This document shows, piece by piece, positions 30,054-40,414 of a stretch of DNA of 64,000 nucleotides. The DNA is taken from assembly GCA_902603905.1 (NCBI GenBank), contig CACKWM010000005.1:817-64816 (forward strand). Direction: 5' to 3'. How positions within the stretch are numbered: the first letter of the stretch is position 1; every line of letters starts with the position of its first letter. The DNA is from an uncultured Pelagibacteraceae bacterium. GTDB taxonomy: Bacteria; Pseudomonadota; Alphaproteobacteria; Pelagibacterales; Pelagibacteraceae. Position numbers and translations under genes: made by a program. Below the pieces are notes generated by a model, which saw only the letters and a program-made list of their open reading frames with translations, was not told the DNA's origin and did not search any database.

Positions 30054-31496
30054 ATGTACGAAAAATTTGGACAATTTATTGATGGAAAGTGGCAACAATC
30101 ATCTGACAAAAAAACTTATGAAGTTATAAATCCTGCAACTGAAGAAATTATTGGTCATGCATCAAAAGCATCTCCAGCTGATATTGATAAAGCACTTAAA
30201 TCTGCAGAAAAAGGTTTAGAAGTTTGGAAAAAAACTCCACCCTGGAAAAGATCTTCTATCATTAGGAATATTGCAGACTTGATAAGAAAAAAGCAAGATG
30301 TTTTAGCAAAGTGGATGGCTTTAGAAGTTGGTAAGCCTTTAGCAGAAGGAAAAGCTGAAGCTGGAGGATCAGCTGATATTTTTGAATGGAATTCAGAAGA
30401 AACAAAAAGAATTTATGGACAAACAGTTGAAAGTAGATTTGAAGACACAAGAGTTCATGTTTATTATCAACCAATTGGAGTTGTTGCAGCATTAACACCA
30501 TGGAATTTTCCATTAGTTTTAAGTGCTAGAAAAATTTCAACAGCTTTGGCAGCAGGCTGCTCAGTAATTGTTAAACCAGATGTAATAACCCCTGGTACAG
30601 TTATGGAGCTTGTTGATATATGCAGAGAAAGTGGAGTACCTCCAGGCGTAGTAAATTTATTATCAGGAGATCCTCCAAGTATTGCTTCACAATTAATTTC
30701 ATCTGATATAATTAAAAAAATTTCACTTACCGGATCAACAAGAGTAGGAAAATTAATATTAAAACAAGCTGCTGATAAAGTTCAAAGAGTTACAATGGAA
30801 CTAAGCGGACATGCACCATTTATTGTCTTTGATGATGCAAATATAGAAAAAGCTACTGATATGGCTATTGCTGCAAAATTTAGAAATAATGGTCAGGTTT
30901 GTATCTCACCAAGTAAATTTTATATTCAAAATAGTAAGAAAAAAGATTTTGTGAATTTGTTTGTTGAAAAAACTAAGAAACTAAAAATAGGAAATGGTAT
31001 GGATCTTGATGTTCAATTAGGTCCAATGACAACAAAAAAAAGACTTACTGAAATTGAAGAACTAGTTGAAAAAACAAAACAAGAAGGAGCAAAAGTACTA
31101 TTGGGAGGCAAAAGACCTTCAGGATTCAATAAAGGTTTTTATTATGAGCCAACTATTTTTGATGATGTAACAGATGACTTTACAATTATGAAACAAGAAC
31201 CATTTGGACCTTTATGTCCAATGTTATCATTTGAAACATTTGATGAAGTTATTAAAAGAGCAAACAATCATGAACTGGGTCTTGCAAGTTATATTTGCAC
31301 TAATTCAATGGAACAAGCACATCGAGCTTCAGAACAAATTGAAACTGGAACAGTAGCAGTTAATACACCATTAGTGGCAATTGCAGAGGCACCTTTTGGC
31401 GGAATAAAACAAACTGGTTATGGAAGAGAAGGTGGTTCAATGGCAATTAAAGATTATTTAAATGTCAAATATACACACCTTGGAATAAAAGGTTAA
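30054..31496 (+). CDS. NAD(P)-dependent aldehyde dehydrogenase, succinate-semialdehyde dehydrogenase family
   Basis: PWNFP, TGST, MELSG catalytic Glu, GQVC catalytic Cys, EPFGP, PFGG. ATG at 30054 preferred over GTG at 30018. Confidence 0.88.
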   Translation: MYEKFGQFIDGKWQQSSDKKTYEVINPATEEIIGHASKASPADIDKALKSAEKGLEVWKKTPPWKRSSIIRNIADLIRKKQDVLAKWMALEVGKPLAEGKAEAGGSADIFEWNSEETKRIYGQTVESRFEDTRVHVYYQPIGVVAALTPWNFPLVLSARKISTALAAGCSVIVKPDVITPGTVMELVDICRESGVPPGVVNLLSGDPPSIASQLISSDIIKKISLTGSTRVGKLILKQAADKVQRVTMELSGHAPFIVFDDANIEKATDMAIAAKFRNNGQVCISPSKFYIQNSKKKDFVNLFVEKTKKLKIGNGMDLDVQLGPMTTKKRLTEIEELVEKTKQEGAKVLLGGKRPSGFNKGFYYEPTIFDDVTDDFTIMKQEPFGPLCPMLSFETFDEVIKRANNHELGLASYICTNSMEQAHRASEQIETGTVAVNTPLVAIAEAPFGGIKQTGYGREGGSMAIKDYLNVKYTHLGIKG

Positions 31497-31507
31497 ATTT
31501 AAATAAA

Positions 31508-32350
31508 ATGAAACTGTTAAGAGTTGGAGAAAAAGGAAAAGAAATTCCTGCTATTTTAGATGAAAATAATAAACTTAGAGATATTAGTTCTCACATTAAA
31601 GATTTAAATCCAGATTTTCTTAATTTTGAAACATTTTCTAAATTAAAAAATTTAGATTTAACAAAATTACCAGAAATAAATAATTCTCAAAGGATTGGAG
31701 CATGCGTTAACAAACCAGGTAAATTTGTTGCAATAGGATTAAACTACTCCGACCATGCAAAAGAAACAGGCGCCAAGATACCTTCAGAGCCAATTGTTTT
31801 TATGAAGTCAACAAGTTCAATTAGTGGACCCAATGATAATATTGTAAAACCAAAAAATTCTAAGAAACTTGATTGGGAAGTTGAGCTAGCTTTTGTAGTT
31901 GGAAAAGAAACAAAAAATATATCTGAACAAGAAGCTCCTGATCATATTTTGGGTTATTGCATAGTAAATGACGTTAGTGAGAGAGAATGGCAAATTGAAA
32001 AAATGGGTCAATGGGTGAAAGGTAAATCAGGAGATACATTTGGACCAATTGGACCTTATATTGTAACTAAAGATGAAATTTCAGATATCAATAATTTGAA
32101 TTTAATTTTAGAAGTAAATGAAAAAAAAATGCAAAATGGTAACACCAAAAATATGATTTATAATACAAATTTTTTACTTTCTTATTTAAGTAAATTCATG
32201 TCTTTGCAACCTGGAGATATTGTTACAACAGGAACACCAGCTGGAGTTGGAATGGGAATGAAACCTCAACTCTTTCTTAAATCAGGTGATAAGATTAAAT
32301 TAACTATTGATAATTTAGGTGAACAAAATTCAAAAGTTGTAACTGAATAA
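31508..32350 (+). CDS. Fumarylacetoacetate hydrolase family protein
   Basis: IGLNYSDH, DWEVEL, NDVSER, KGK..DTF, TGTPAGVG. Confidence 0.9.
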   Translation: MKLLRVGEKGKEIPAILDENNKLRDISSHIKDLNPDFLNFETFSKLKNLDLTKLPEINNSQRIGACVNKPGKFVAIGLNYSDHAKETGAKIPSEPIVFMKSTSSISGPNDNIVKPKNSKKLDWEVELAFVVGKETKNISEQEAPDHILGYCIVNDVSEREWQIEKMGQWVKGKSGDTFGPIGPYIVTKDEISDINNLNLILEVNEKKMQNGNTKNMIYNTNFLLSYLSKFMSLQPGDIVTTGTPAGVGMGMKPQLFLKSGDKIKLTIDNLGEQNSKVVTE

Positions 32351-32361
32351 AATAAAAATTT

Positions 32362-33069
32362 ATGATTGAATTGTTTATAGCTTTTGGAGCAGGTTTAATA
32401 AGTTTTTTATCACCTTGTGTGCTACCACTGATACCTGGTTATATGTCTTTTATATCTGGACAGTCATTAAATGATTTAATTGAAAGAAAGAAAGTTGATT
32501 TATTACCATTATTTTTATTTGCTTTAGGATTTTCATTTGTATTTATAATTTTTGGCGCTACCGCTTCAGTTTTAGGAAAATTTTTGCTTCAAAATTCAAA
32601 CCAATTACGAATTGTAGCTGGATTAATTATTATAATTTTTTCACTCCAATTGCTTGGAATAATAAATATTAAATTTCTTAACTACGAAAAAAAATATTAT
32701 ACGCAGAGATCGACAAAACGACTATTCACATTTGTTGTTGGAATGGCTTTTGGATTTGGATGGACTCCTTGTATTGGTCCAATTTTAGGATCCATTCTTG
32801 CTCTTGCATCAACAGAGGAAAATATTTTAAGAGCAATTATATTGCTTACCTTTTATTCTTTAGGTTTAGCCATTCCATTTATAATATCTGGTTTTTTAAT
32901 TCAGAACTTCTTAACATTTTCAAAAAATTTCAAAAAAAATATCAATAATGTTTTAAAGATAGGAGGAACTATTTTACTAATAACTGGTATTTTGATTATA
33001 ACAAATCAATTGCAAATTTTAGGATATTATCTTTTAAATATCTTTCCATTTTTTCAAAATTTAGGTTAA
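32362..33069 (+). CDS. ccdA: Cytochrome c biogenesis disulfide transporter CcdA
   Basis: SFLSPCVLPL and FGWTPCIGPIL redox Cys motifs. Confidence 0.9.
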   Translation: MIELFIAFGAGLISFLSPCVLPLIPGYMSFISGQSLNDLIERKKVDLLPLFLFALGFSFVFIIFGATASVLGKFLLQNSNQLRIVAGLIIIIFSLQLLGIINIKFLNYEKKYYTQRSTKRLFTFVVGMAFGFGWTPCIGPILGSILALASTEENILRAIILLTFYSLGLAIPFIISGFLIQNFLTFSKNFKKNINNVLKIGGTILLITGILIITNQLQILGYYLLNIFPFFQNLG

Positions 33070-33081
33070 TAATAGCACAGT

Positions 33082-33975
33082 ATGGAACATCAAAGTTTAC
33101 TTCATAAAAAATTGTTAGATAAAGTTTTTGTATTTACAGCAGAAACAACTCCACCAGACGCATCTGATAAAGAAACTTTATTGAAAAACGTGATGCCATT
33201 AAAAGGTATTGCAGATGCTGTTAATGTTACGGATAGCCCAGGTGCAAAAGTTCACATGTCATCATTAACCGCTTCAATTATTTTAGCCCAAAACGATATA
33301 GATCCTATACTACAGTTAACTGTGCGAGACAGAAATCGCTTAGCATTACAGGGTGATTTAGTCGGAGCATCTGCATTGGGCGTAAATAATATTCTTTGTT
33401 TAGGAGGTGACGATCCTAAAAATGGTGATCAACCAGAAACTAAAATTGTAAATGATGTTGATAGCTTAACGTTGGTTGCAACAGCAAATATGATGCGTAA
33501 AGAGAAAAAATTTCCACCTGGAAGAACAATAGATCCTGCGCCAAAAATATTTATAGGAGGAGCTGAAGTTCCAACTAGTGGAAAACCTAATCCTGATAAA
33601 ATTTTAAACAAGATAAACAAAGGCGTTGATTTTTTTCAAACTCAGTATGTTTTTGATTCAAAAGTATTAAGTGAATACATGAAAATTTTGGGCGATAAAG
33701 GGATTTTAGAAAAAACAAATTTTATAATCGGATTAGGACCATTTGCTTCAGCAAAGAGTGCAAAATGGATGAATGAAAATTTATTTGGAGTAGATGTACC
33801 AGATCAAATTATAAAAAGACTAGAAGGGGCCGAAAATCAAAAAGAAGAAAGTAAAAAAATATGCTTAGAGTTAATTGAATCTTTTCGTGACATAAAAGGT
33901 GTTAATGGAATTCACCTTATGGGACATAAAAAGGAAGAAGTAATAAGTGAAATAATTAAAGAATCAAAAAAATAA
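33082..33975 (+). CDS. metF: Methylenetetrahydrofolate reductase
   Basis: AE.TPP, NVTD, RDRNR, GDDP, FFQTQ. Confidence 0.85.
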   Translation: MEHQSLLHKKLLDKVFVFTAETTPPDASDKETLLKNVMPLKGIADAVNVTDSPGAKVHMSSLTASIILAQNDIDPILQLTVRDRNRLALQGDLVGASALGVNNILCLGGDDPKNGDQPETKIVNDVDSLTLVATANMMRKEKKFPPGRTIDPAPKIFIGGAEVPTSGKPNPDKILNKINKGVDFFQTQYVFDSKVLSEYMKILGDKGILEKTNFIIGLGPFASAKSAKWMNENLFGVDVPDQIIKRLEGAENQKEESKKICLELIESFRDIKGVNGIHLMGHKKEEVISEIIKESKK

Positions 33976-33982
33976 AAAATTA

Positions 33983-34537
33983 ATGAATCAAATAGATCCA
34001 CAACTTAAAAAAGATTTTTCTGAAGCACAAGAATTAACTGGTGAAAAAAAATATCATGAGTCTATTGAAAAATATGAATTAATTTTAAAAAAATATCCAA
34101 ATCTTCTTACAGCAATCAACAACATTGGTTTAAACTACGAGCATTTAGGATTGCTAGACAAATCAATTCATTATTATAAATTGTGTTGTGACAAAGCTCC
34201 AAAAGAAAAAGTTTTTTTAAACAATTTAGCAAATATTTATTATAAACAAATGGATTATTTAAATGCTATTCAAATATATGAGCAGTCTTATAGTATTAAT
34301 AACAATCAAGAAGAAGTGGTTGAAAAATTAGCTTCCTCCTTGGTTGACGCTAGACTAAATAAAAAAGCTGATTTATTTTTAAGAAATACTTTAAAAGCAT
34401 TTCCAAACAATACACATTTAAATTCTTTAATGGGTTATAATTTGTTATCACTTAATTGCCATAAAGAAGGTCTTGGTTTTTTAAAAAAAGGAACAGGATT
34501 TATTGAATTTAATAACAATTCTGTAAAAATTATATAA
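33983..34537 (+). CDS. Tetratricopeptide repeat protein
   Basis: Repeated NN.G/A...Y...G/A TPR consensus helices. Confidence 0.75.
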   Translation: MNQIDPQLKKDFSEAQELTGEKKYHESIEKYELILKKYPNLLTAINNIGLNYEHLGLLDKSIHYYKLCCDKAPKEKVFLNNLANIYYKQMDYLNAIQIYEQSYSINNNQEEVVEKLASSLVDARLNKKADLFLRNTLKAFPNNTHLNSLMGYNLLSLNCHKEGLGFLKKGTGFIEFNNNSVKII

Positions 34538-34541
34538 ATTT

Positions 34542-35141
34542 ATGAAAAAAATTTCTATTGATAGTAATAAATCTCCAAATTTTATAGGTAGTTGGAATAT
34601 AGAAAATGATAAATTGTGTAATGAAATTATAAAATTTTTTGAAGACAATGAATCTTTACAGAAAAAAGGGTCAACTGCACTTGGATATAACCCAAAAATT
34701 AAACAAACAACTGACATAACAATCATACCTTCAGAATTAAAAGATCCAAAATATTCATTATTTAATTCGTATTTTAACTTATTAAAAGATTGTTTTTTAG
34801 ATTACAGAAGTCAATATCCGTTCTTGAAACATAAATTTTTTGACAAAACTCATATCGGTCATTTTAATGTTCAGAAATATATTTCTGGAGATCATTTTTC
34901 ATCACTTCATTCTGAAAGAACTAGTTTAGATTCTCTTCACAGGTTATTTGCATGGATGACTTATTTGAATAATGTTGAAGATGGAGGCACAACAAATTTT
35001 GAGTATTATGACATTAAAGTTAAGCCTGAAATTGGAAAAACACTAATTTGGCCAGCTGAATGGACTCATGCACATACAGGATCAATTTTAAAAAGTGGAA
35101 CTAAATATATTGTTACTGGCTGGATACAGTTTGCGCCTTAG
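34542..35141 (+). CDS. 2OG-Fe(II) oxygenase (prolyl-hydroxylase-like)
   Basis: LHSE, AWMTYLN.VEDGG.T.F, IWPAEWTHAH, KYI.TGW. Confidence 0.85.
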   Translation: MKKISIDSNKSPNFIGSWNIENDKLCNEIIKFFEDNESLQKKGSTALGYNPKIKQTTDITIIPSELKDPKYSLFNSYFNLLKDCFLDYRSQYPFLKHKFFDKTHIGHFNVQKYISGDHFSSLHSERTSLDSLHRLFAWMTYLNNVEDGGTTNFEYYDIKVKPEIGKTLIWPAEWTHAHTGSILKSGTKYIVTGWIQFAP

Positions 35142-36003
35142 GATTGGGTTTTTTTGGTTTATTAAAAACTATTAATATTACTCCAACGATAATTATAGCT
35201 CCCCCAATAAATAGTTCTTTAGTTGGTTCTTCACCTAAAAGAAAAATTGCAGCTAGTAGTCCAGTAGGAGGTATGCCCATAGTGACTATAGGCAATACTT
35301 TGTATAAAGGATTATTTTTTAAAACATAATAAAAGCAACCATATGTAATTGGTTGCATAATAAATCCCAAATAAATTGCAATCAGCCAAACTTCAAAAGG
35401 TGTAGTTTTAAAGTAGTTAATTGGATTGCCATCAAAAATAGCTGAAAGAGTAATTAATATTGGACCAGAAAACAAACCTAACCAAGCAACGAGTGCTAAT
35501 GGGTTTATTTTTTTACTTAATGGTTTTACTAAAACTTGTCCTAAAGCCCAAATACCTGATCCTAAAATTACTAAACTTACACCGATAAATTTACCGTCCA
35601 AATTTGGTGAGCCAGTTAAAATATATACACCAACAAATGCTATGGCTATTCCTAGCAAACTTCTAATTGTTGGTTTTTCTTTTAACATAAAATATGCAAA
35701 TACAACGCCAAAAGGAACTTCAGTTTGAACGAGTAGCACAGCAGCTGAAGCATCTATAAAACTTAATCCTGTGTACGTAATACTGTACTGTGTTGTATTT
35801 GCTATAAGAGAAGCAAAAAATATTTTTTTAAGAAAACCTCTAGGTATTGGAAACCACCAAACTAAAAGTAATGCCACAAAAGTAAATCTTAAACCCATCA
35901 ATAAAAAAGGAGGTAGATACTCCATGGCAGGTTTAGCAATAACAAAACCAAATCCTAAAAAAATTGGAACTATCGCAGCAATTAAAGTGTCGCGAAGAGT
36001 CAA
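35113..36003 (-). CDS. DMT/EamA family transporter
   Basis: Two EamA repeats, LKEKP/LGE motifs. Overlaps the stop of the BBOX-like gene by 4 nt. Confidence 0.82.
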   Translation of the reverse strand: MTLRDTLIAAIVPIFLGFGFVIAKPAMEYLPPFLLMGLRFTFVALLLVWWFPIPRGFLKKIFFASLIANTTQYSITYTGLSFIDASAAVLLVQTEVPFGVVFAYFMLKEKPTIRSLLGIAIAFVGVYILTGSPNLDGKFIGVSLVILGSGIWALGQVLVKPLSKKINPLALVAWLGLFSGPILITLSAIFDGNPINYFKTTPFEVWLIAIYLGFIMQPITYGCFYYVLKNNPLYKVLPIVTMGIPPTGLLAAIFLLGEEPTKELFIGGAIIIVGVILIVFNKPKKPNPKAQTVSSQ

Positions 36004-37103
36004 ATTTTAAATTTTCTTTTTAAATGTCTTAATTTTCCTTCGGTACTATCAAAGTCTATATAACAACCTTGCAAAAATCTTTTTCCTTCATCAGGATCAA
36101 ACTTCGTTCTTCCATGAAGTACCCTGTAATTATCCATCATCATAAGATCTTTTGGTGCTAATTTAAATTCTACTCTATTTTTTTTTGAATTATATAGATC
36201 AGATAACTTTTTACGTGATTTGTAATACAAGTCTAACTTATTTTTTTCTAACATAGGTACATAATCTAATCTTGGACTAAATCTTACTTGTTTAAATTCT
36301 TTATTTTCGTCTAAATGAATTAATTCTGACCAATCTTCTAACACTACATTTTTATCAGTAAACTTAAATCTTACTTTAATATCAGTAAGAATTTTATATG
36401 CTTCCGGGTCTTCTTGTTTAAGATTTTCTGTAACAGTGTAGCCATCTACTAGAGTTGAAAAACCTCCGCTAACTTCGTTTTCAATACAATGAAGTATTTG
36501 AATACAAGGGACTGGATTTCTGTAAGGGTTATCAGTATGTGGGCTTAAATGTAATGTTGTATATGCAAGATCATTTGGATCTGACTTAGATTTAACATTA
36601 AAATGCTCACCAAAGTTTGTTCTTCTCACGCTTCCTATTGAATTAGCAAATTTAACAATAAAGTTATTTTCAGTTGGAACATTTTTTACAATTACAAAAC
36701 CGAACTCATAAAATGAAACTAACAAGTCATACATTTCTCTAGATTCAAAAAAGTTTTCTTTATATTCAAAATTTTTTACATTTTTTAAAGTTGAATCCCA
36801 TTTTATTTTAGGAATTGATTTTATTACTGTGTCTTTGTTTGAAAATTCAGATTCAAGCTTATTTAAATCAAGCTTAGTGTTAACACCATCGTTAAAATTT
36901 ACTTCAAGAAAACCGTTTTTAATTTCAGCTTTTTTTATAATTATTTCGCCATTCATTGCAGAAGGATCGAATAATCTTTGTTGAGTACCTTTATCTAAAA
37001 ACTCTTCTCCATCTACTCTTTCTCTTAACCAAAAAGGATGAATCTCTTGGATTGATTTTCCACTATTGAAGTAAATCTTATTTTCATTTAGTTCAATTTT
37101 CAT
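36000..37103 (-). CDS. Gamma-butyrobetaine dioxygenase-like (TauD/TfdA family)
   Basis: N-terminal WLRE...QRL domain, LAYT, PHTDNPYR, DN.RVLHGR, LQGCY.D. Confidence 0.85.
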   Translation of the reverse strand: MKIELNENKIYFNSGKSIQEIHPFWLRERVDGEEFLDKGTQQRLFDPSAMNGEIIIKKAEIKNGFLEVNFNDGVNTKLDLNKLESEFSNKDTVIKSIPKIKWDSTLKNVKNFEYKENFFESREMYDLLVSFYEFGFVIVKNVPTENNFIVKFANSIGSVRRTNFGEHFNVKSKSDPNDLAYTTLHLSPHTDNPYRNPVPCIQILHCIENEVSGGFSTLVDGYTVTENLKQEDPEAYKILTDIKVRFKFTDKNVVLEDWSELIHLDENKEFKQVRFSPRLDYVPMLEKNKLDLYYKSRKKLSDLYNSKKNRVEFKLAPKDLMMMDNYRVLHGRTKFDPDEGKRFLQGCYIDFDSTEGKLRHLKRKFKI

Positions 37104-37171
37104 AAGCTTTTTTGAGGATTATTTAAAATTTAGCTTTAATCAAGATAAATAAAATAGTAAGTGAAGATTAA

Positions 37172-37993
37172 ATGTCAGAATTAAATTCAAAAAATATACG
37201 TGTTTTTGCCAATTTTTTAAGTCGATTAGCAAAGGAAATGACAAGGTTTTATTACCTAAAACTAAATAAACCTTTTAAAGCAATAAACAAAAGCAAAGAC
37301 AAGAAGGGCTATGACCCAGTAACTAAAGCCGACAAAGCATTTGAAAAGTTTATAAGATCTAAGATTAAAAAGAAATTCCCAAACCATGAAATTATTGGTG
37401 AAGAGCTTGGTTACAAAAAAACTAAAAGTGATTTTACCTGGGTGATTGATCCAATAGATGGAACTAGATCGTTTATAGTCGGTAATCCAACTTGGAGTAA
37501 TTTAATAGGCTTAAATTATAAAGGAAACCCAGTTGTTGGTTTGGCAAATTTTCCTAGACTAAGTAAATATTATTTAAACTATTCAAATAAAACTGCGTAT
37601 GTTGTTAACATTGCTTGCGTTGGAAAAGATAAGAAAAAAAAACTATCAGTAAATAAAAAAGCTACTTTTAAAAATATGAAAGTTGCTGGAGCCTTTCACG
37701 GATGGTTATCGTTAAAGAAACAAAGCAGAATTCCTAGAGTTTTAAAACTTATGCAATTTCCCTGTTTTGATGCATTAAGTTATGCTCACTTTTGTGAAGG
37801 AAAAATTGATGCAGTTTTGCAATGTCAAAATAAAATTTGGGATTTACATGCAATAATTCCTATTGTTTCAGCTGCAGGCGGTATTGCTTCCACTTGGAAT
37901 AATAAAGACGCAAAATACGCTGGTAATGTTTTGTTTTCTGCAAATAAAACTATTCACAAAAAAATACTAAAACTTTTAAAACCAGCGCTATAA
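37172..37993 (+). CDS. Inositol monophosphatase family (HisN-like)
   Basis: DPVT.AD, GEE, WVIDPIDGTRSF, WD...P...AAGG. Confidence 0.82.
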   Translation: MSELNSKNIRVFANFLSRLAKEMTRFYYLKLNKPFKAINKSKDKKGYDPVTKADKAFEKFIRSKIKKKFPNHEIIGEELGYKKTKSDFTWVIDPIDGTRSFIVGNPTWSNLIGLNYKGNPVVGLANFPRLSKYYLNYSNKTAYVVNIACVGKDKKKKLSVNKKATFKNMKVAGAFHGWLSLKKQSRIPRVLKLMQFPCFDALSYAHFCEGKIDAVLQCQNKIWDLHAIIPIVSAAGGIASTWNNKDAKYAGNVLFSANKTIHKKILKLLKPAL

Positions 37994-38008
37994 ATATATA
38001 ATTTTGTT

Positions 38009-38737
38009 ATGAGAATATTAGTTCTACAACATATCAAAATAGAAGATCCTGGTTTTATAAAAGATTTAATGATCAAGGATGGAGCAGAGCTAACAACAAT
38101 AGAATTAGATGAAGGTGAAAAAATTCCAACCGATCTTTCAAAATTTAATGCTATGTTTTGTATGGGTGGTCCTATGGATACCTGGATGGAAAAAGAATAT
38201 CCCTGGTTAGTTGATGAAAAAAAAGTAATAAAAGAATTTGTTGTTAATTTAAAAAAACCTTATTTAGGTTTTTGCCTTGGGTGCCAGCTTTTAGGCGAAG
38301 TTGTTGGTGGAAAAGTTGTTAAATCAAGCAATCCAGAAATTGGAATGTTAAATATTAATTTTTCTCAAAATAAAAATAGCGATCCATTATTTTCAAAATT
38401 TCCTGAAAAGATTACTTCTTTACAGTGGCATTCATACGAAGTTCAAGGTTTAGAAGATAATAAAGATGTAACTCTTTTAGCATCTTCACCTGAGACTGAA
38501 TATCAGATTTTTAAATATCAAAACCATGCTTATGGAATTCAATTTCATATAGAAGTTAAAGATACGACTGTAAATGAGTGGGGATGTGTTCCAGAATATA
38601 AGTCAGCTTTAGAAAAAGAATTAGGCCCAGGTGCACTTCAAAAATTTGATAATGAGGCAAAAGCAAATATGGAGAATATGAATAATTATTCTAAAATTTT
38701 GTATTCAAAGTTTAAGAGTGATATTCTTAAAATATAA
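38009..38737 (+). CDS. Class I glutamine amidotransferase-like protein
   Basis: MGGPM, GFCLGCQLL, QWH, IQFHIE. Confidence 0.85.
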   Translation: MRILVLQHIKIEDPGFIKDLMIKDGAELTTIELDEGEKIPTDLSKFNAMFCMGGPMDTWMEKEYPWLVDEKKVIKEFVVNLKKPYLGFCLGCQLLGEVVGGKVVKSSNPEIGMLNINFSQNKNSDPLFSKFPEKITSLQWHSYEVQGLEDNKDVTLLASSPETEYQIFKYQNHAYGIQFHIEVKDTTVNEWGCVPEYKSALEKELGPGALQKFDNEAKANMENMNNYSKILYSKFKSDILKI

Positions 38738-38748
38738 TAGGAGGTAAT

Positions 38749-39141
38749 ATGCCAATATTTAAACCAATTCCTGAAAACGAAGCTAAAGGAAAAGTTAAAG
38801 AAATATATGACGAAATAAAAAGCACGAGACAAATTACAGAAGTTCCAAACTTTTGGAAAAATCTTGCAAACAATCCTGAAACATTGGAGAGAACTTGGAC
38901 TTCATTAAAACAAGTAATGAAAAAAGGTGCTCTTGATCCGGTAGTTAAAGAGTTGATATATGTAGCAGTTTCGGTAACAAATGGTTGTGAATACTGCATT
39001 AAATCTCATAGCTTAGCCGCTAAAAAAAAAGGTGCTACTGATGAGATGTTAAATGAAATGATTGCAGTTGTTGGAATGGCTAATGAAACAAATAGATTGG
39101 TTGAAGGTTATCAAGTAGAAATAGATGAGAATTTTAAATAA
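38749..39141 (+). CDS. Carboxymuconolactone decarboxylase/AhpD family protein
   Basis: KELIYVAVS..NGCEYCI.SH CxxC motif. SD AGGAGG. Confidence 0.88.
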   Translation: MPIFKPIPENEAKGKVKEIYDEIKSTRQITEVPNFWKNLANNPETLERTWTSLKQVMKKGALDPVVKELIYVAVSVTNGCEYCIKSHSLAAKKKGATDEMLNEMIAVVGMANETNRLVEGYQVEIDENFK

Positions 39142-40056
39142 TTAATCTATTGGATAATTCCAAGCATCACCCCCGACAACTTTTGATATTGCTGAAAAAT
39201 CTTTAGTATCATTACCTTCTTCACAAAATTTGTTATAAATTTCTAGAGCCATTGTCCCAAGAGGAGTAGAAGCCTTAACTTGTTTTGCGCATTCATTAGC
39301 TAGTTTTAAATCTTTATTCATCATACCCGCAGAAAATCCTGCTCGATAATTATTGTTTGATGGAGTTCCTTCAATTAAACCAGGTAAAGGTGGATAGACA
39401 GATATAGGCCAACTATTGCCAGATGCATTTTTCATTATTTCGTGAACTTTTTTAATATCGATATTTAATCTTTTTGCTAACATTAAAGACTCAGAAGCTG
39501 CAATCATTGTAATACCTAAAGACATATTGTTACAGATTTTTGCCCCATTACCACTTCCAAGATCTCCAGCGTGAAAAATATTTTTTCCCATAATTTTTAA
39601 TAAAGGTAGTGCAAGATCAAAAGCTTCTTTCGTTCCACCTGCCATAATATTCAAAGTTGCTTTTTGTGCACCCATGACACCGCCACTTACTGGGGCATCA
39701 ATCATTTTAATTCCTTTTTCTGTAGCTTCTTTTCCTATTTCAATTGAAGTTTGAATATCAATTGTAGAACAATCAATAAGAAGGCAATTTTTTGATACTT
39801 TATTAATAATTCCTTTTTCTCCCAAATAAACTTCTTTTGAGTTTTTGCCTTCAGGCAACATTGTTATTACAGTGGTTACCTCATTTGTAATTAAATCATC
39901 TATGTTCTCTACAACATCAAGCTTTTTTTCTTTTGCTTTTTCGATCATTTTTTTTGAGACATCGAAAACTTTAACTTTTTTCCCTGCTTTCATTAAATTT
40001 TCAGCCATTGGATTTCCCATATTGCCAACGCCAATAAACGCAATTAACTCAGACAT
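39142..40056 (-). CDS. mmsB: 3-hydroxyisobutyrate dehydrogenase
   Basis: FIGVGNMG.PMA.NL, TMLP, DCSTID, DAPVSGG, AKICNNM, KDFS. Confidence 0.88.
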   Translation of the reverse strand: MSELIAFIGVGNMGNPMAENLMKAGKKVKVFDVSKKMIEKAKEKKLDVVENIDDLITNEVTTVITMLPEGKNSKEVYLGEKGIINKVSKNCLLIDCSTIDIQTSIEIGKEATEKGIKMIDAPVSGGVMGAQKATLNIMAGGTKEAFDLALPLLKIMGKNIFHAGDLGSGNGAKICNNMSLGITMIAASESLMLAKRLNIDIKKVHEIMKNASGNSWPISVYPPLPGLIEGTPSNNNYRAGFSAGMMNKDLKLANECAKQVKASTPLGTMALEIYNKFCEEGNDTKDFSAISKVVGGDAWNYPID

Positions 40057-40071
40057 GATTGCTCCTTTGTA

Positions 40072-40410
40072 TTAAGAATTTGTTTTACCTAAATAGTTTA
40101 CGAGTACTACTCCAATAACTATTAACCCTATACCTATAATTCCATATATATTCGGAATTTGTTTGTATTTTAATATTCCAAAAATCGTTACAGCAGTAAT
40201 TGTAAGGCCTCCATATGTAGCGTAGGTAAAACCAACAGGTATTGTATTCATAGCTTTTGAAAGACAAAAAAGACAAGTAACAATTGATACTACACATAAA
40301 ATAGTTGGAACTAAGTTTGTAAAACCTTCAGTTGTTTTTAAAAAACCGTTAGCACCAATCCCAAATATTATCGATAAAACTAAAAAAATATATCCAGATG
40401 CTATGTTCAT
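40072..40410 (-). CDS. SMR family small membrane transporter (atypical, no Glu14)
   Basis: Four TM segments, K..EGF, IPVG.TYA, GI.LI..GV motifs. Confidence 0.8.
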   Translation of the reverse strand: MNIASGYIFLVLSIIFGIGANGFLKTTEGFTNLVPTILCVVSIVTCLFCLSKAMNTIPVGFTYATYGGLTITAVTIFGILKYKQIPNIYGIIGIGLIVIGVVLVNYLGKTNS

Positions 40411-40414
40411 AAGT

